A stretch of DNA of 64,000 bases from the NCBI GenBank assembly GCA_964270895.1, contig OZ185449.1, one strand, 5' to 3'. Source of the stretch: Podarcis filfolensis (Eukaryota). How positions within the stretch are numbered: position 1 is the stretch's first letter; each line of letters opens with the position of its first letter. Shown in pieces: positions 39,324 to 52,078 of the stretch. The position numbers and the translations under genes are program-made. Below the pieces are notes generated by a model. The model worked only from the letters and a program-made list of their open reading frames with translations, did not search any database and was not told where the DNA came from.

Positions 39324-40390
39324 GTGAGGAAGTCACTGGACAGGTGGTTGTTAGGGAATAGGCTGTTAGAGAATAGGGGTGAGTTTGGCCACATAACCTG
39401 GCTGAAGATCACTACACACACAGTTCTGTCAGATTGGGGAGCACACATGGGGCTCAGGGCAACTGGAGTAGTCTGAAAGCCAACACAGCATCAACTTTCT
39501 GGAGCTTCATACTGTCTCTTTTGGCCTTCTAGAAAAACCTATGGGTCACCATGTGTTTATTCAATTAGTTCAGCAAACACATATAACAGTGGGATGCAAG
39601 GGGGGGGGTGTTACTCAGCCACACACTCTCCATAAGGAGACCTTCACTGTAATTGTTTGGGCCATATATAACCTGGTATGGAATGACTGAGCAGGACCAT
39701 CATCCAGGAGTCCAAACACTCAAATATTCAAAATGGTGACACAGCCCTTTGGGAGACCCACAGACAGACAGGTCAGAAGCTTTGTATCACAATGCCAGTA
39801 TGTGGAATCAGAATACATAGACTGGCCAGCTGTGTGCCTTTTCCTTCTCTCACCCTGATTCCTATGCTCCTCAGAAAGATGAAAGAAAAGTGGTATTTAT
39901 ACCAATTGAACTCCACTGGTCGAAAAGGCCTTGGTTCTCAAAGCTAGTCAAAATGTCCATGAAACAACATTGGAACATCATGTCCCAGAGACCATTTTTT
40001 CAACAGCAACTGCATATATTCTAGCTGGCAGCATAGATGTTAAGCAAAAGTGGCTAAATTGTTTTTGCTACTCTGATAACTCTTTTGGCATCTAAGCATT
40101 TGTTCAAAGTTACAAGTCTTCCTGGAGAGATTTATAGCCTGCTGTAATCATAAATCCAGTCCATTCTATAATTTTTACAGAACAGACTAGAAATATCTCA
40201 GCACCAGCACTTTGAAAAGACAATTAGCAGTTCTCAACAGTATCTCTGGTATAAAGGATAACCTTTGCAGCCATCCACACATAAATCACTTTCTTAAAGG
40301 GGTAGTGCTGATGAATCCGTCTGCAGACAACCTGTTCCTGAACTAGAACCTCAGCTGGGTTCTGTCAGCTCTGCTGAAGCCACCTATCAG
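39324..40390 (+). mobile_element. Degraded DIRS1-like (tyrosine-recombinase) retrotransposon fragment: RNase H, methyltransferase-like and YR N-terminal regions
   Basis: Frameshifted motifs in DIRS order: ITT..LSDWGAH, AQGNW, SINFLEL (RNase H); FPSLTLIPMLLRK..HWSKRPWF (MT-like); LKRQLAVLNS..SHPHINHFLKG..WVLSALLKPP (YR core-binding region). Confidence 0.75.
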
Positions 40391-42094
40391 AAATTATGAA
40401 CATGATTCTCTCAGAACTTTATTTTTAGCCAATACCTCACCACATTGGTTTTAGAGCTAAGGGTGCTATTAAAAAAATAAATAAATCCTACATTTGGGCT
40501 TATTTTATCTTGGCAAACTGTGTTGAGAGAAACCCATCCTTTCTGCCCAAAGTCAACTTACTGTTCCATATGTTCCATATTCTGCCTTCCTGTCTGAACT
40601 TTGCACAAGAAAACCTGAAAACAGGTTGGATGTGTTTAGGACCCTGGGCATGTTTTTGAGCAAGACCTTGGTTTTTAGAAAGTCTGAAGGTCTTCATTGA
40701 ATTGGCATCTCCCTCCCTGGGAAAGCACCCTTCATCAGGTGATTACAGTTCGTTCTCTAAGGGGGCAGTTATCATGGCTGCTGCCTGGGGTAGATTTTCT
40801 CTGGAAGAAATTTACAGGGCAATCACATAGGCTGTCCAATATTGTAAAATCAATTCTTTTTCCTTAGCAGTTGTGGCATTTGGGTGGATAATTCTTCAGA
40901 GGGTTCTGAGGTCTTTAAATTATTTTCTTTTATCCCACAATCCCACCTTAAGGGATTGTGCTGTTACATGCTTAAAGGATGAAGACTGCCCCCTGACTCT
41001 ACCAGAAAAAAACAAGGATTCACATTTTTGGCATCATGTGTATGCATATTAGCAGAATAACTGGAATGCCTTGTGCAATGATACCATTAGAGCTTGTTGT
41101 GCCACACTAACTTAGGTGTACAACTGTTTGAAGACTATGGAAGCTAGTTAGTTGCTCATGATAGCATACTTTTCACATTCAAACATTAAAGGATCTTGTT
41201 TAGTTCCTGAAAAGTCACATGCCCCATTCACCTAATCAAACATGCACAATTTCATTAAGTAGGGTTCAGCTAAGCAGCCAAAAATTTTGCCATCACAACT
41301 GAGTTGGAGGAATGACTGGATGGGGAGGCTTGGGGCTAACCTTCAGGGCCCTTAGACTAAGTCGGTCTTCCCAAATAGATTGCTTCATCTTTTCTTCAAA
41401 CGTGTTTTTTTTTTTTTTTTTGCTGGGCCAAAGCATTGCATTAAATAACACTTTTATCCATGACCCCAGTAGTAATGTTTTCAAAGAGATGTCAGGGCTT
41501 CAGCCTCCTTGTGAGCAACCGCACCTGATCCCTGAAACCTTGATTTTTTTTGGAGCTAGCTAATGTTATTCATTAATGCTGAAAATGTATCCTTCTTTGT
41601 GTGGTTAGAAGTATACTCTTCATTATTACTTCATATGCTCTGCAATCAGTTCCTGGCTGGTTCTGATCATCTAGAGCTGTTCTTATGGTGGTGCCTTAAT
41701 GTTTTTATTTCTAAAGATTCTTCTGCTTTGCACTGTGATATGATTGGACAAATCCTACTTTCCTAAAACTTCTCTTATTCCCATTCAGAAGATCAATAAA
41801 CATTACAAAAGTCAGTGAGATGGAAGCAGCATCACAAAGATCGGTTCTGAATTCCTTTTTAGACACTTGATTCTTGCCCCCATATTCTTTTGCTCAGCAT
41901 TACTTGCTTTGTTCCTATGTGTTAAAATGAGCATTATTTAATGGGCATTCAGCCCTTCACTAAATACACCTCTCCAATTACTGAGAGCATCAAATACATG
42001 TGTGTCCCATGTTTCTTTGTATGCTTTGTTTTGTTGGATGTTACCACAGTACCTGCACTATAAGAAAAGAACTTACATGTAAATTTATAAACAG

Positions 42095-42175
42095 GGGTCG
42101 GTTGTACGCCACGCTGGGGCCCAACTGGCGGGTACCAATTCGGAATTCTCCCAGAAGTCGGAGCTGTGTCTACAG
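42095..42175 (+). CDS. RALGPS1: RALGPS1 alternative cassette exon (81 nt, phase 2 to 2): RGRLYATLGPNWRVPIRNSPRSRSCVY
   Basis: aaacag acceptor, AG|gtacaa donor, frame-preserving; resembles the recalled RALGPS1 isoform segment RGRLYATLGPNWRVPVRNSPRTRSCVYS; CpG-retaining patch inside an AT-rich intron. Confidence 0.88.
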
Positions 42176-43086
42176 GTACAATTAGGTGGTTGGTTGGTGT
42201 GTCTCTCCCTAGACTGTGGTGTTAATTCTATTTTCAGTCTGTTTTCGTCTTGCTAATTAGGAGAGCTTATTTTCAACAGCTTTTTCATTGTTTCCTTCCA
42301 TCTGTGCAAAGACTTTCCTTCCATTCTCATAAGAGTTGCCAGGAGTAAGAAGATTGTTCATTCATATGCTTTCACCTTCATAAGCCTCACCATATTTATA
42401 TACCACACTGCATATAAATATACTTCATATAAGTGCTGACTGTTCCTCTTCCTTATCATACTGAGAAATGCAGGGTAATTAATGGCACCACCACAAAGTT
42501 AAACACTTTTAAAGCCTCATTGATTTCAATGGAAGCATATTAAGCATATGTTTAACTTGGGGCCCAGTGAATATTCTAGGAGCATTTTGATGCTGCAGAA
42601 CAGCTGAAGCAAAGCCATAATAAATTGCTAAGAACCTTGGTTGGGAACTTACGGAGAGCCCCACCTAAGAGTGTGTGTGAATATATGTATATTAAAGCAC
42701 TGCACCTTATCTGTCCCATTGAAATGAACAGAACTTAGCTTTCATAGGATCATACCATAATTTAAAGGGAGGTTCTCATTTTTAAAAGCAGTTTCTGGTT
42801 TAAATAATACACATACACGTGGTGAAGCTCTATTTTCTTATGCTTAACTTTCGTTATCTTATTATGTAATGAATTACACTGGGTTTCAAGTTGATGCTTC
42901 CTTTTCCAGTCTCATCACAACTCAGTTTGCTGTTTGATGACTTCCTAAAAAACCATGCATTTCCTTCAATAAACAGAGGGGGTTTAAAATCCAAGTGCCT
43001 CAGTACCCTCTTACACAAAAGAATAGCAGAACAACTTAACTCTTTTAGAGTAATTAAACAACTTGATACCTGTGGTTCCACCTGTA

Positions 43087-43445
43087 AAGGTAAAGGGTAA
43101 AGGGACCCCTGACCGTTAGGTGCAGTTGCGGACAACTCTGGGGTTGCGGCACTCATTTTGCTTTACTAGCCAGGGGAGCCAGCGTACAGCTTCCGGGTCA
43201 TGTGGCCAGCATGACTAAGCCGCTTTTGGCAAACCAGAGCAGCGCTCAGAAACGCCGTTTACCTTCCTGTCGGAGCGGTACCTATTTATCTACTTGCACT
43301 TGATGTGCTTTCGAACTGCTAGGTTGGGAGGAGCAGGGACCGAGCAACGGGAGCTCACCCCGTCGCGGGGATTCGAACCACTGACCTTCTGATCGGCAAG
43401 CCCTAGGCTCTGTGGTTTGGACCACAACGCCACCTGCGTCCCATA
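43087..43445 (-). mobile_element. Full-length Sauria SINE with 12-bp TSD
   Basis: Reverse complement of the 4292 family; gttccacctgta at 43075-43086 and 43446-43457. Confidence 0.93.
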
Positions 43446-44931
43446 GTTCCACCTGTAGAACTCCTCAAATCGAACTGATATCTGTGGGAAGCAAAGAAAT
43501 GTGACTTGGAAAGAAATAGTACACTGACGCAAATTATCTTGCAGTCATTCTAACAAGTTTGTTTAACGTTACCCAGAATAAAATATTAGTTTTTTATAGT
43601 GCACCTTCTCATGGCTTCTTCTATTCTTCCTTATACTGTCTTCTATTCCTCTTCATAATTACTGATTTTTTTCGCTAGGCTTGCTTTCTGGTGCAGCCTT
43701 TGGGGGGAAATCTAGCAAAGGTGATGTGAGCAGATATGCAAGCCTTCTAAATCATCTCTTTCAAGCATTTTCCATTTCAATCCTTATTTTGTCTGCTTTC
43801 ATTTCATTATATATTTGTAACTTTCTGATAAATCTCTCCAAAAAATCCTATTTGTATACACCCTGCATTTGCTACGATACTCAGTGAATATCTATGGTAA
43901 GATAGATTTCTAAGAGATATTGCAGGTATGCTTATTTACACATAAAAGTGTGGTGTTTCTCTCTCTTGACACTCAGAATTATACTCCAAACATCTTGTGA
44001 AGTGGGCTCTGGCCCATAAGTGTTTCAGCCATAATCAGTTTACAAGACTCTTTGTTAATTTGCAGCAAAGGCTCCAGACTGTGGCAAGTCATAACAGCTC
44101 ACCCTCTGTTACACCATTAACAGATAAACTTACCTTGTAAAAATGGCAGGTGTCAGTTTGCTGTACAAAAACCAGTTTCCTTCCAAAGCAATTCACTCAA
44201 TCTGCTGTGTTATATATGCTCAACTTCGAAGTATAATTGCAGAAGACTCCTGTTTTATAGAGAAAGAGAGAAATAGAAGAAAAAGGACAAGTATTCAGAT
44301 AATGGCCTTGAACCAATGCACGCAGAAACAAATAGTTATGTGGACTATCTATACAAATATGTTAATAATTAATAGGCTACAGTTCAAACAACTGCCAGTC
44401 CCAGATTCAGCACTCACAGTTTAATTCACAAGCTTGTGGAATTTGGCACATGTCCTTTGTGCAGTTAACACATGCTCATCTCCAGGTGGTTCGCACAGAG
44501 CTGTGAATTGCATAGCCAGTTGCATATAGGCTTAGCAGATGAGGTCAAAGAGAACCCAAGTTAGCTTGTTCTATATGTATTTATTGTCATGTCTTTCCCA
44601 TGACTGAAATAGCTACTCTACTGTTTGCTTAGAACTAAGTGAAAGCAAATATATTTCTGCTTGAATTGGTCCTTTTGTGTTTGACATCCTTATATATATG
44701 GGACTATGAAGTGGTCTTGGCAATGAATGTTTATTAAGTAGGAAATTCCTCCTGGGCAAGCTTCTAACTCAATCAATATTTCCCTGCTGTTAAATCTTCC
44801 AGAATCTAACTTAAGTAATGGATGTGATGGCTGCTAGCACTCATTTAATAACGTAGTAGGGTTTATGGTTCACTTGGCATTGTATATTGGCATCCATAAA
44901 CCATTTAGTTGGCATTCAGTAGCATGACAGC

Positions 44932-44973
44932 TTTATTTATTTATTTATTTATTTATTCATTCATTCATTCATT
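44932..44973. repeat. Compound (TTTA)n(TTCA)n microsatellite
   Basis: Direct reading. Confidence 0.95.
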
Positions 44974-45747
44974 ATTAGGAAAATATACATAAACGGTTTA
45001 ATAAAATAAAAATCTATTAAGAAGTGTGCATAAAATTTATTTATTTATATTCATAATAGTCATAATGACTTAATTGGATGGCAGAAGACAAAGAATGATG
45101 GGCTCAACACTGGCCACGTATCTCTAAACCTTCACCAGCTCACAATATGATGGGGGACATACTTTACCATATGTTGGTCTCTTTCCTGGTTGACACTGTC
45201 TCCACCAGTCTCTTTAAGGATTCCTTCTGTGTTGTGAAAAAGAATCATGTTTCCTGTCCACAGTTATCATAATCTGGTTAATGTGTTTCCATTGTTTTTT
45301 ATGTTAGAAGGTCAGATTACTTGTATGGTTCATATTGTAACATGATCTGAAAAAGTTCTACCAATTTTTTTATTATTATTAAAAAAAATCTATATATTAA
45401 TACAAATTAGTCTTCCTGGGCTCATGTAGCCAAAACTTTCCTTTAAAAAAAACTGTTTTGAAGGGCAGAAACAACCATTTCATTGTCTGCATAGGCTACT
45501 TTCTGGTTCATGCCAAGAAGTTATTTCTAATGTCCTTGTTTATGCACTTCAGTGGAAAACTTACATTAAATTTCTTTTTTAAAACATGTTTACTGTAATA
45601 CTAGTCATGAACTACAAAGTCTGCAGCCAATGTTTAGGACAATATTGATGGCATGAGCCAAGGCCTGTGTAAATTTTTGAACAATTTAATCACTGGATTA
45701 TTTGATTTTGTTTGCTCCCACCAAAGAGTTGACATTTGTTATTTCAG

Positions 45748-45853
45748 TCCAACAGGTGCCTGCAGCTGCGCATCAGGGAGTTCCGTGGGGGTTGTTACCA
45801 TGGAAGGGCCTTTAAGAAGAAAGACATTACTAAAAGAAGGCAGGAAGCCTACA
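45748..45853 (+). CDS. RALGPS1: RALGPS1 coding exon (106 nt, phase 2 to 0), start of PH domain: [36 protein letters not shown]
   Basis: atttcag acceptor and ACA|gtaagg donor; [17 protein letters not shown] is the RALGPS1 PH beta-1 motif. Confidence 0.97.
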
Positions 45854-46019
45854 GTAAGGGGTTCTCCTCCCCCCCCCCCTGCTTATGCTTTTAAACCCCT
45901 CATTACAATTTGAATAATATTTTATGGTTGCTAAAGAAAGCAGTAGAGTGTCAAAAACAGCATGGCAGCTAACTCTGGCTGAACAGAAAGAGCCATGGGC
46001 TATGTCTCATGTTGTTGTT

Positions 46020-46400
46020 AATAATATTTATTTATTCCCTGCCTATTTCCCAGAACTCGGACTTAAGGCACCTTACAAAAATTGAAATGAGCACAACTAA
46101 ACCACAGAAAGCTAAAAACACATAAAAGTAATTACCTTCAAGGTAATTAAACAATAATGGAATTAAAACAATGTTAAGAACAAATTACTTAAACACTACC
46201 ATTTTCCTAAAAAGCAGTCAGCTCCTGAAAGCCTGCCTGAATAAAACAATCTTCACCTGCCAAGGAGAAGGTTCAACAAGGAGGAGGCCAGTCTAGCCTC
46301 ACTAGGATAAACACACTTGAACCAAGCAGACTGCAGGAGAGGACACATGGTCAGGGAGATGCAATCAAGGTAGCCCCACTGCAACTCTGCCTCCTCAACC
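46020..46400 (-). mobile_element. Old L2-like LINE 3' fragment
   Basis: ttatttattccctgcc..cttaaggcaccttaca tail and aaagcctgcctgaataaa..cttcacctg segment. Confidence 0.45.
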
Positions 46401-47777
46401 CCCAAGACTTAGATGCTGTTCTGCAGCGAATCCTGGTTGACAGAGCTGAGAGAAAATAACCTCCCCCGTTTCATCCCACCAGTTTTCTTTAACACAAGAT
46501 GGGTTGGCATGCTTGTCTTGTTGTTTTACCATTTACTGGCCTGGCACTGACCAACAACATTTTCAACCTAAGATGGCTGTCTCCAAGGCTATACATGCTA
46601 TTTGAACTAGTGGACAGTACAGGGACAACCAGCACCCTATTGCAGTACCCTCTTTCATAATAACCCTCTGTATCTCCCTCTCCTTTCTATGGTTCTGATG
46701 TTCTTCTTACAAGTATGTCATGACCAAACCTACAACGGTTGCACATAGTGCCAATAGAGGTGCCTGATTCCCATTGGGACAGGCAGGATGGAAAGCAGGG
46801 AGGCCCAATAGTAGGAACCAGCACTAAGGACAGATCCATGTAACTCTACAGTAGTTTTGTCCTCCTCCCTGCTGACTTCTACAAGAGCAGCATGAGACTC
46901 AGATGGAAGCTGACAGCCAGAAGACACTACCTGGACTAGTTGCAAGTTGTAAGACAGACAGGTGGTGGCTGGCTGGGGCAGACTAGGGTTGGTGGCATAT
47001 GATCAAATGTGTTGCAGGTTGGGCTAAATATGGGTTCCAGATCTGGCTGCTGTTTTAAGAGACGCTCCTGGAAACACCCAAAGAAAAGAATCTGCCACCA
47101 CGCATCCTACACCATATAGAACTTTTGTTTAAATTTCAAAACCAGGTTATATTCCACACCCTGGAACCCTTCTCTCCATAAGCTTTTCTTTTAGAAAAAA
47201 AGGTGCCAGTAATCTGTACCCTTATGTACCCCCAGAAAAAGGCACTGAGTATATATGAAATGGCATTGGTTTGGGAGGAATGGAAGAGTTTTAGGCCAAG
47301 GATTCTTTCTTATATGGCAACTATTTCCTATTGGCAGTAATTTTCACTGCCTTCAAGAGGGTGGGGGGGGGAGGAGAAAGGCAGACATGTACAAGAAAGA
47401 GTACAAAATGAAGAGTACATATCTGCTATTTTTCGCATTCTGTAGGAGAGGACTCAGGCCTTTAGGCTTTGCCCCACATACCGCTACATTTCCTCATGGC
47501 CTTTTGTGAAAATGCCATTACTTGATCCTAAAGGTTTGAAGTGCATTTATTATTATGCTGACTGGAGCTGAATTACTGAGCTGTAATGCATCCATCCCCA
47601 CCAGCAGGGGACAGCACATAACCTTGTTTTTCAAAGTGAAGGCAGAATAGCTGGGTTTTCTTCACCGCAAATGCAGCCTCATAGTTGATAGCATGTCTGA
47701 AGCATCTCACCTTCTTTCATGTTAGTTCTGGAAATTTATGTATGCTTTTGAAAGTTTTTTTAATTTCCTCCTTTCAG

Positions 47778-47870
47778 CTTTCCTCCTGGACTAGATATTG
47801 GGTAACCCTTTCAGGATCTACTCTGATCTACTTTGGAGCAAAGTCATTAAGAGGCACTGAAAGAAAGCAT
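47778..47870 (+). CDS. RALGPS1: RALGPS1 PH-domain exon (93 nt): [31 protein letters not shown]
   Basis: ctttcag acceptor and CAT|gtaagc donor; near-identical to the recalled human peptide. Confidence 0.97.
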
Positions 47871-47989
47871 GTAAGCAAATAATTTGCCTTATTTTGTAGA
47901 CCAAGTGCACATCGTATCTGCAATTGTTTCAGAGAATCAATTGGCTGCAGTATTCACAAAAACACAAAGCAGCCCAGGGTAGCAGAATA

Positions 47990-48481
47990 AAGGCAACTCC
48001 CAACTTGCATGCTATTGCGTACATGCCCGGTGCCAGGAAGCTAGAAATGGAACCTGGAAGTGGGAGTACCCTGGAGAGTCCTTGTGGCTCACAAGAAGAC
48101 CCTCCCCAGACAGCGAGGCAGCAGGTCTTTGTAGAGGCTGCTCAGCCTCCCTGCTTAACAGCTGAGGTGCAGGGCTGCTCAGCTGATGTCCTCTTTGGGC
48201 TCTAGGGAGGGTCTCCTCTGCGGGGCTTTGTTGAGGCTGCTCAGCTGACTTATGGGGAAGCTTTCCCGCATGTCAACTAAGCAGCTCAAAAAAGCCCCAC
48301 TGTGCCTCTGGCTTGGGAGGAGATTCTCCCCAGAGGACATCCTCTTTGGGTTCTGAGGAGGGCCTCCTCACGAGCCACAAAAGGACTCCCCGCTTACATA
48401 AGGGTGCTCCCCACTTACACACATTTCAGTTATGCATAAGGGGCCCGGAATGCAACCTTTGCGTAAGTGGAGAGTCGCCTA
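47990..48481. mobile_element. Tigger-like MITE filling most of the 662-bp intron between two PH-domain exons
   Basis: Degenerate TIRs TA|aaggcaactcccaactt / aagtggagagtcgccta|TA; internal inverted segments. Confidence 0.6.
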
Positions 48482-48532
48482 TACTTCACAATTCAGCTCA
48501 TTGATATTCTTCCTTGACTTTTTCTCTTTTAG

Positions 48533-48638
48533 TATAAATCTACTCCGGGGAAAAAGGTTTCTATTGTGGGCTGGATGGTAGCACTGCCTGATGACCCTGA
48601 ACACCCTGATATTTTCCAGCTAAATAACCCAGATAAAG
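48533..48638 (+). CDS. RALGPS1: RALGPS1 PH-domain exon (106 nt): [35 protein letters not shown]
   Basis: ctcttttag acceptor and G|gtgggt donor; near-identical to the recalled human peptide. Confidence 0.97.
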
Positions 48639-49418
48639 GTGGGTGTTTTATTTTTATTTGGACTTTCTTCAGAACAGTAAGTGTGCTAAGTAACAGTAAG
48701 CTTTCCTATCAGTGGCATGCAGTGAAATTTTTCAGAGGGGAACAGTTAAGGCCAGAGGCACTAGCTTGTGTGGGGTGTCAATGTCATGCATGTGACGTTG
48801 CACACGTGAGCATCATGCCTCCCTCCCTAAGCCAGGTAGAAACTTCCCAGGCTTTGTGAAGGAGGCGCCAGGGGAACAGTTAGGGGACTAGCCTAGTCCC
48901 CTTAATCCAATGACCGCACACCATCATTTACTATGCTTTTGTTAAAACAACCAAAAGCCCTGTAGCACAAGCTTTTGTGTACTGTACTAGAGTCTACTTC
49001 ATCAGATAATATAAAGCATTATCCTTGGCTGACGGGTATATACCCACATGGGAGCATTCAGAAAAAATGCTGTTTATAATTCAATTTACATTCAAAACTG
49101 TAAAATGCAAAGGAAACGATCAGGATCTGTTAAAACGGGTGTAGGGAACATCAGGTCTGAGGATGGAATGCAATCTTCCAGCCCTCTCTTATCTAAGCTG
49201 TTCCCCTTTCCAGGCCACGCCCCTCTCACCAAGCCACACCCTTCACTACTTCTCCTCTACAGCTTCCTTAAGTGCTTTTGCCTCATTTAAATGTGTCTGA
49301 TAATGTTTGCTGGGATGAAGGATTGAAAGGTGGGTGTTTGGGTGTGAAGCCCTGGCTTTTGTGTGGCTGGAATGTCTGTACATAATAATAGTCAGATCCA
49401 TTGCTTTGCCCACTTTTG

Positions 49419-49751
49419 CAGACCCTCCAAGTGTCTCCATTTTCCAGGGACAGTACCAGATTTACAGAAGCCATCCCAGTTTCTGATTTGACCCTGGAAC
49501 ATCCTGCTTTTCCTTAGGAATCCCTATTTTCATAAGAGAAATGTTGGAGGGGTTTGGAGTTATCCGACCCCTGAAACATCTGAAGGCAGCCCTGTATAGG
49601 GAAGGTTTTTGTTTAATGTTTTCTTATGTTTTTATATATGTTGAAAGCTGCCCAGAGCGGCTGGGGCAACACAGCCAGATGGGTGGGGTATAAATCTTAA
49701 AATTATTACTATGAAGTCCCTATTTTTATCAGAGAAATGTTGGAGGGTATG
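49419..49751. mobile_element. Second, inverted copy of the composite MITE; 6-bp TSD cttttg
   Basis: cagaccctcc ... ggagggtatg ends; TSD at 49413-49418 and 49752-49757. Confidence 0.85.
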
Positions 49752-50340
49752 CTTTTGCCCTGCCCATACTAACATGTGACCCCACAGAAGGTTCCCCAAA
49801 AGGGAACACAGCCCTCATGTTGAAAAAGTTTCCTCACCCCTCCATTAAACACTCCTCAGCAACAAAAAGGTGCTGGGTTTCCACCCGCAACACAAGTTTC
49901 AGATTCTTTCATAATTGCCCAAGTAAAGTACCACCACTATTTCATTGCCTGTCCAGCTAGCCTGCTATGAACACTGGCAAGGCAGGAGTCAATAAGCTGC
50001 TCCTGCTTCAGCATGCTAAACAGTATATCCCCCAGCTCTTATAAATCAACAAGGTAAATACTGAATACATTCTTAAACTACCAGCTTTACTCAGTAGAAA
50101 CAAAGACAGCGAGGCTGGTTAAGATTTTTAGACTGGTTGGTGTTCTGATCAATTCGTACTCACTCTTTTGAGTACTCTGACATTTCAGACTAAGGTTCTT
50201 CAGTGGTCACCCAAACTGGTCATTACCAAGATCTTCTCTCTTACCAGATAAAGTGTTGGCTTTTTTAAACCTTTCAGCATCTTGTTCTGTTTCTTCCAAA
50301 GCTCAAGGGCTCCTTCTTACCTTACATTTTTAACTTGTAG

Positions 50341-50432
50341 GCAATGTTTACAAGTTTCAGACTGGTTCAAGGTTTCATGCAATACTGTGGCACAAGCATT
50401 TGGATGACGCATGCAGAAGCAACAGGCCTCAG
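50341..50432 (+). CDS. RALGPS1: RALGPS1 PH-domain exon (92 nt): [31 protein letters not shown]
   Basis: acttgtag acceptor and CAG|gtaagg donor; near-identical to the recalled human peptide. Confidence 0.97.
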
Positions 50433-51553
50433 GTAAGGTTTTTCTTCTGTTTCTGTTTGAAGCTAAAATAGTAGCCATGTGGAAACTTTTTGAATGGGGT
50501 TATAACCACAACAAAAGCCCTAGGCAAATTAGGAGTGCTTACACCACCTGCATCTGAGCTCTCAAAGTTTCTCCAAAATTGCATTGTTTGCGAATGGTTG
50601 TAAAATATTATTGTATGGATTGTAACCGATATTAGTTTTATTTCAAGTGTGTCCATTAAAATCAATGGGCAAGGCTAACTTAGATTCATTAATTTCAGTG
50701 GGTATACTCTGAGTAGAACATAGTTGGAGACAACTATTATTTATATATTTAAAGTAGTGTAGTTCAACACACAGGTCATAAGGCCTTTTTTTGGCACCCC
50801 TCAGCAACAATGTCAACATCTTATCACCAAGCTCAGCTACAGCACCTTTGGGCCTGCTACCTCCAGACTGCCTTTTCCAGGGGAAGAGGAAGAAGCAGCT
50901 GGCTTGACAGTGGTCTTGGCTATTTGTATTCATCCACGAGGGTTGTGGGGGAAGCTGCTCTTTTCTGCAAGACTGCATACTAAAAAAGTCGCTTTATAGA
51001 CTTTTGAATCTGCCCTGAGCAGAGCAGGTAGCAAGTGATGGCTGGTGGGTAAGGCAACACATAATCACTGTCCCATGTCTTTGTGCAGTTTCTTATGTCT
51101 TGTGGTGGAGGGATGTTAATTTGCCACACCATGCTTTGATCCCACCTGTCTCTATGCGCCTAGCCCCTCCCTTTTAAAAAATGCTTTATTACACCCCCTT
51201 CCCGGCAAGAGGCACTCTGCCTGGTGCTCCCCAGGGTGTTCCGCCTAATAATGTGTCACGTGCATACCACACTTTTGCTTCCTTGACTCTGGCAGCTGAA
51301 TGTCATTTTAGAGCAGGGGGCAAGGGGAAGGAGATGTTGCTGCACCAAAGCCCCTTACACATAAGGAGCACTGAGAGGACCTGAGCCCGGCCCAGCTACT
51401 TGCTAACTATGCAATACTAGCTATATTGCAAACATTTTAATTTATGATATGGAAATTTAATTCAGTGTGCAGTGCATGGTTTCTCTGTTAAAGTACTCTT
51501 ACTCTTGGTCTGAGATTTTTACCCTGCTCTTCAGCCAAAAAGACTTCCTGAGC

Positions 51554-51689
51554 CAGGGCTTTTTTTCAACCAGAACTCACCAGAACTCAGTTCTGGCACC
51601 TCTCAGGTGAGCGCCATTGCCATTATAAGAGAACAAGGGAGGCATTCATGGTGAGTTCTGGCACCTCTTTTTCTAGAAAAATATCACTG
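51554..51689. mobile_element. hAT-type MITE
   Basis: cagggctttttttc ... gaaaaatatcactg ends, duplicated gagttctggcacctct; TSD-like tcctgagc / tccagaac (6/8). Confidence 0.6.
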
Positions 51690-52078
51690 TCCAGAACCAT
51701 TTTCAGATATCAAAAATAAAGAAGTCCCCACGCTCAGGCTTACAGTTTACACCACAGAAAAGGGATTGGGGTGAGGAGGGGAGAAAGCAAACTCAGCCAC
51801 TCTGGTTAATGATTTCAGAACATGCAGCAAATCACTCAGACCATGCATCAAGCTGTTAATCATACATTCCTGGTTGATGAAACTATTGCTGGTGTACGCA
51901 ACTTCCTCTGGTTTTCTTATGTTTAAATAAATAAATAGCTTTTATAGATGTAGAACCAATTTATAACTTCCTTTTTTTCTTTTTGCATGAGCACTTCCAC
52001 TGCCTTGGGATGCTGACGTCTTCTATCCATGATAGGCTGACCATTCATTGTACTGACCAGTTTACTTTTCTCTGCCAG

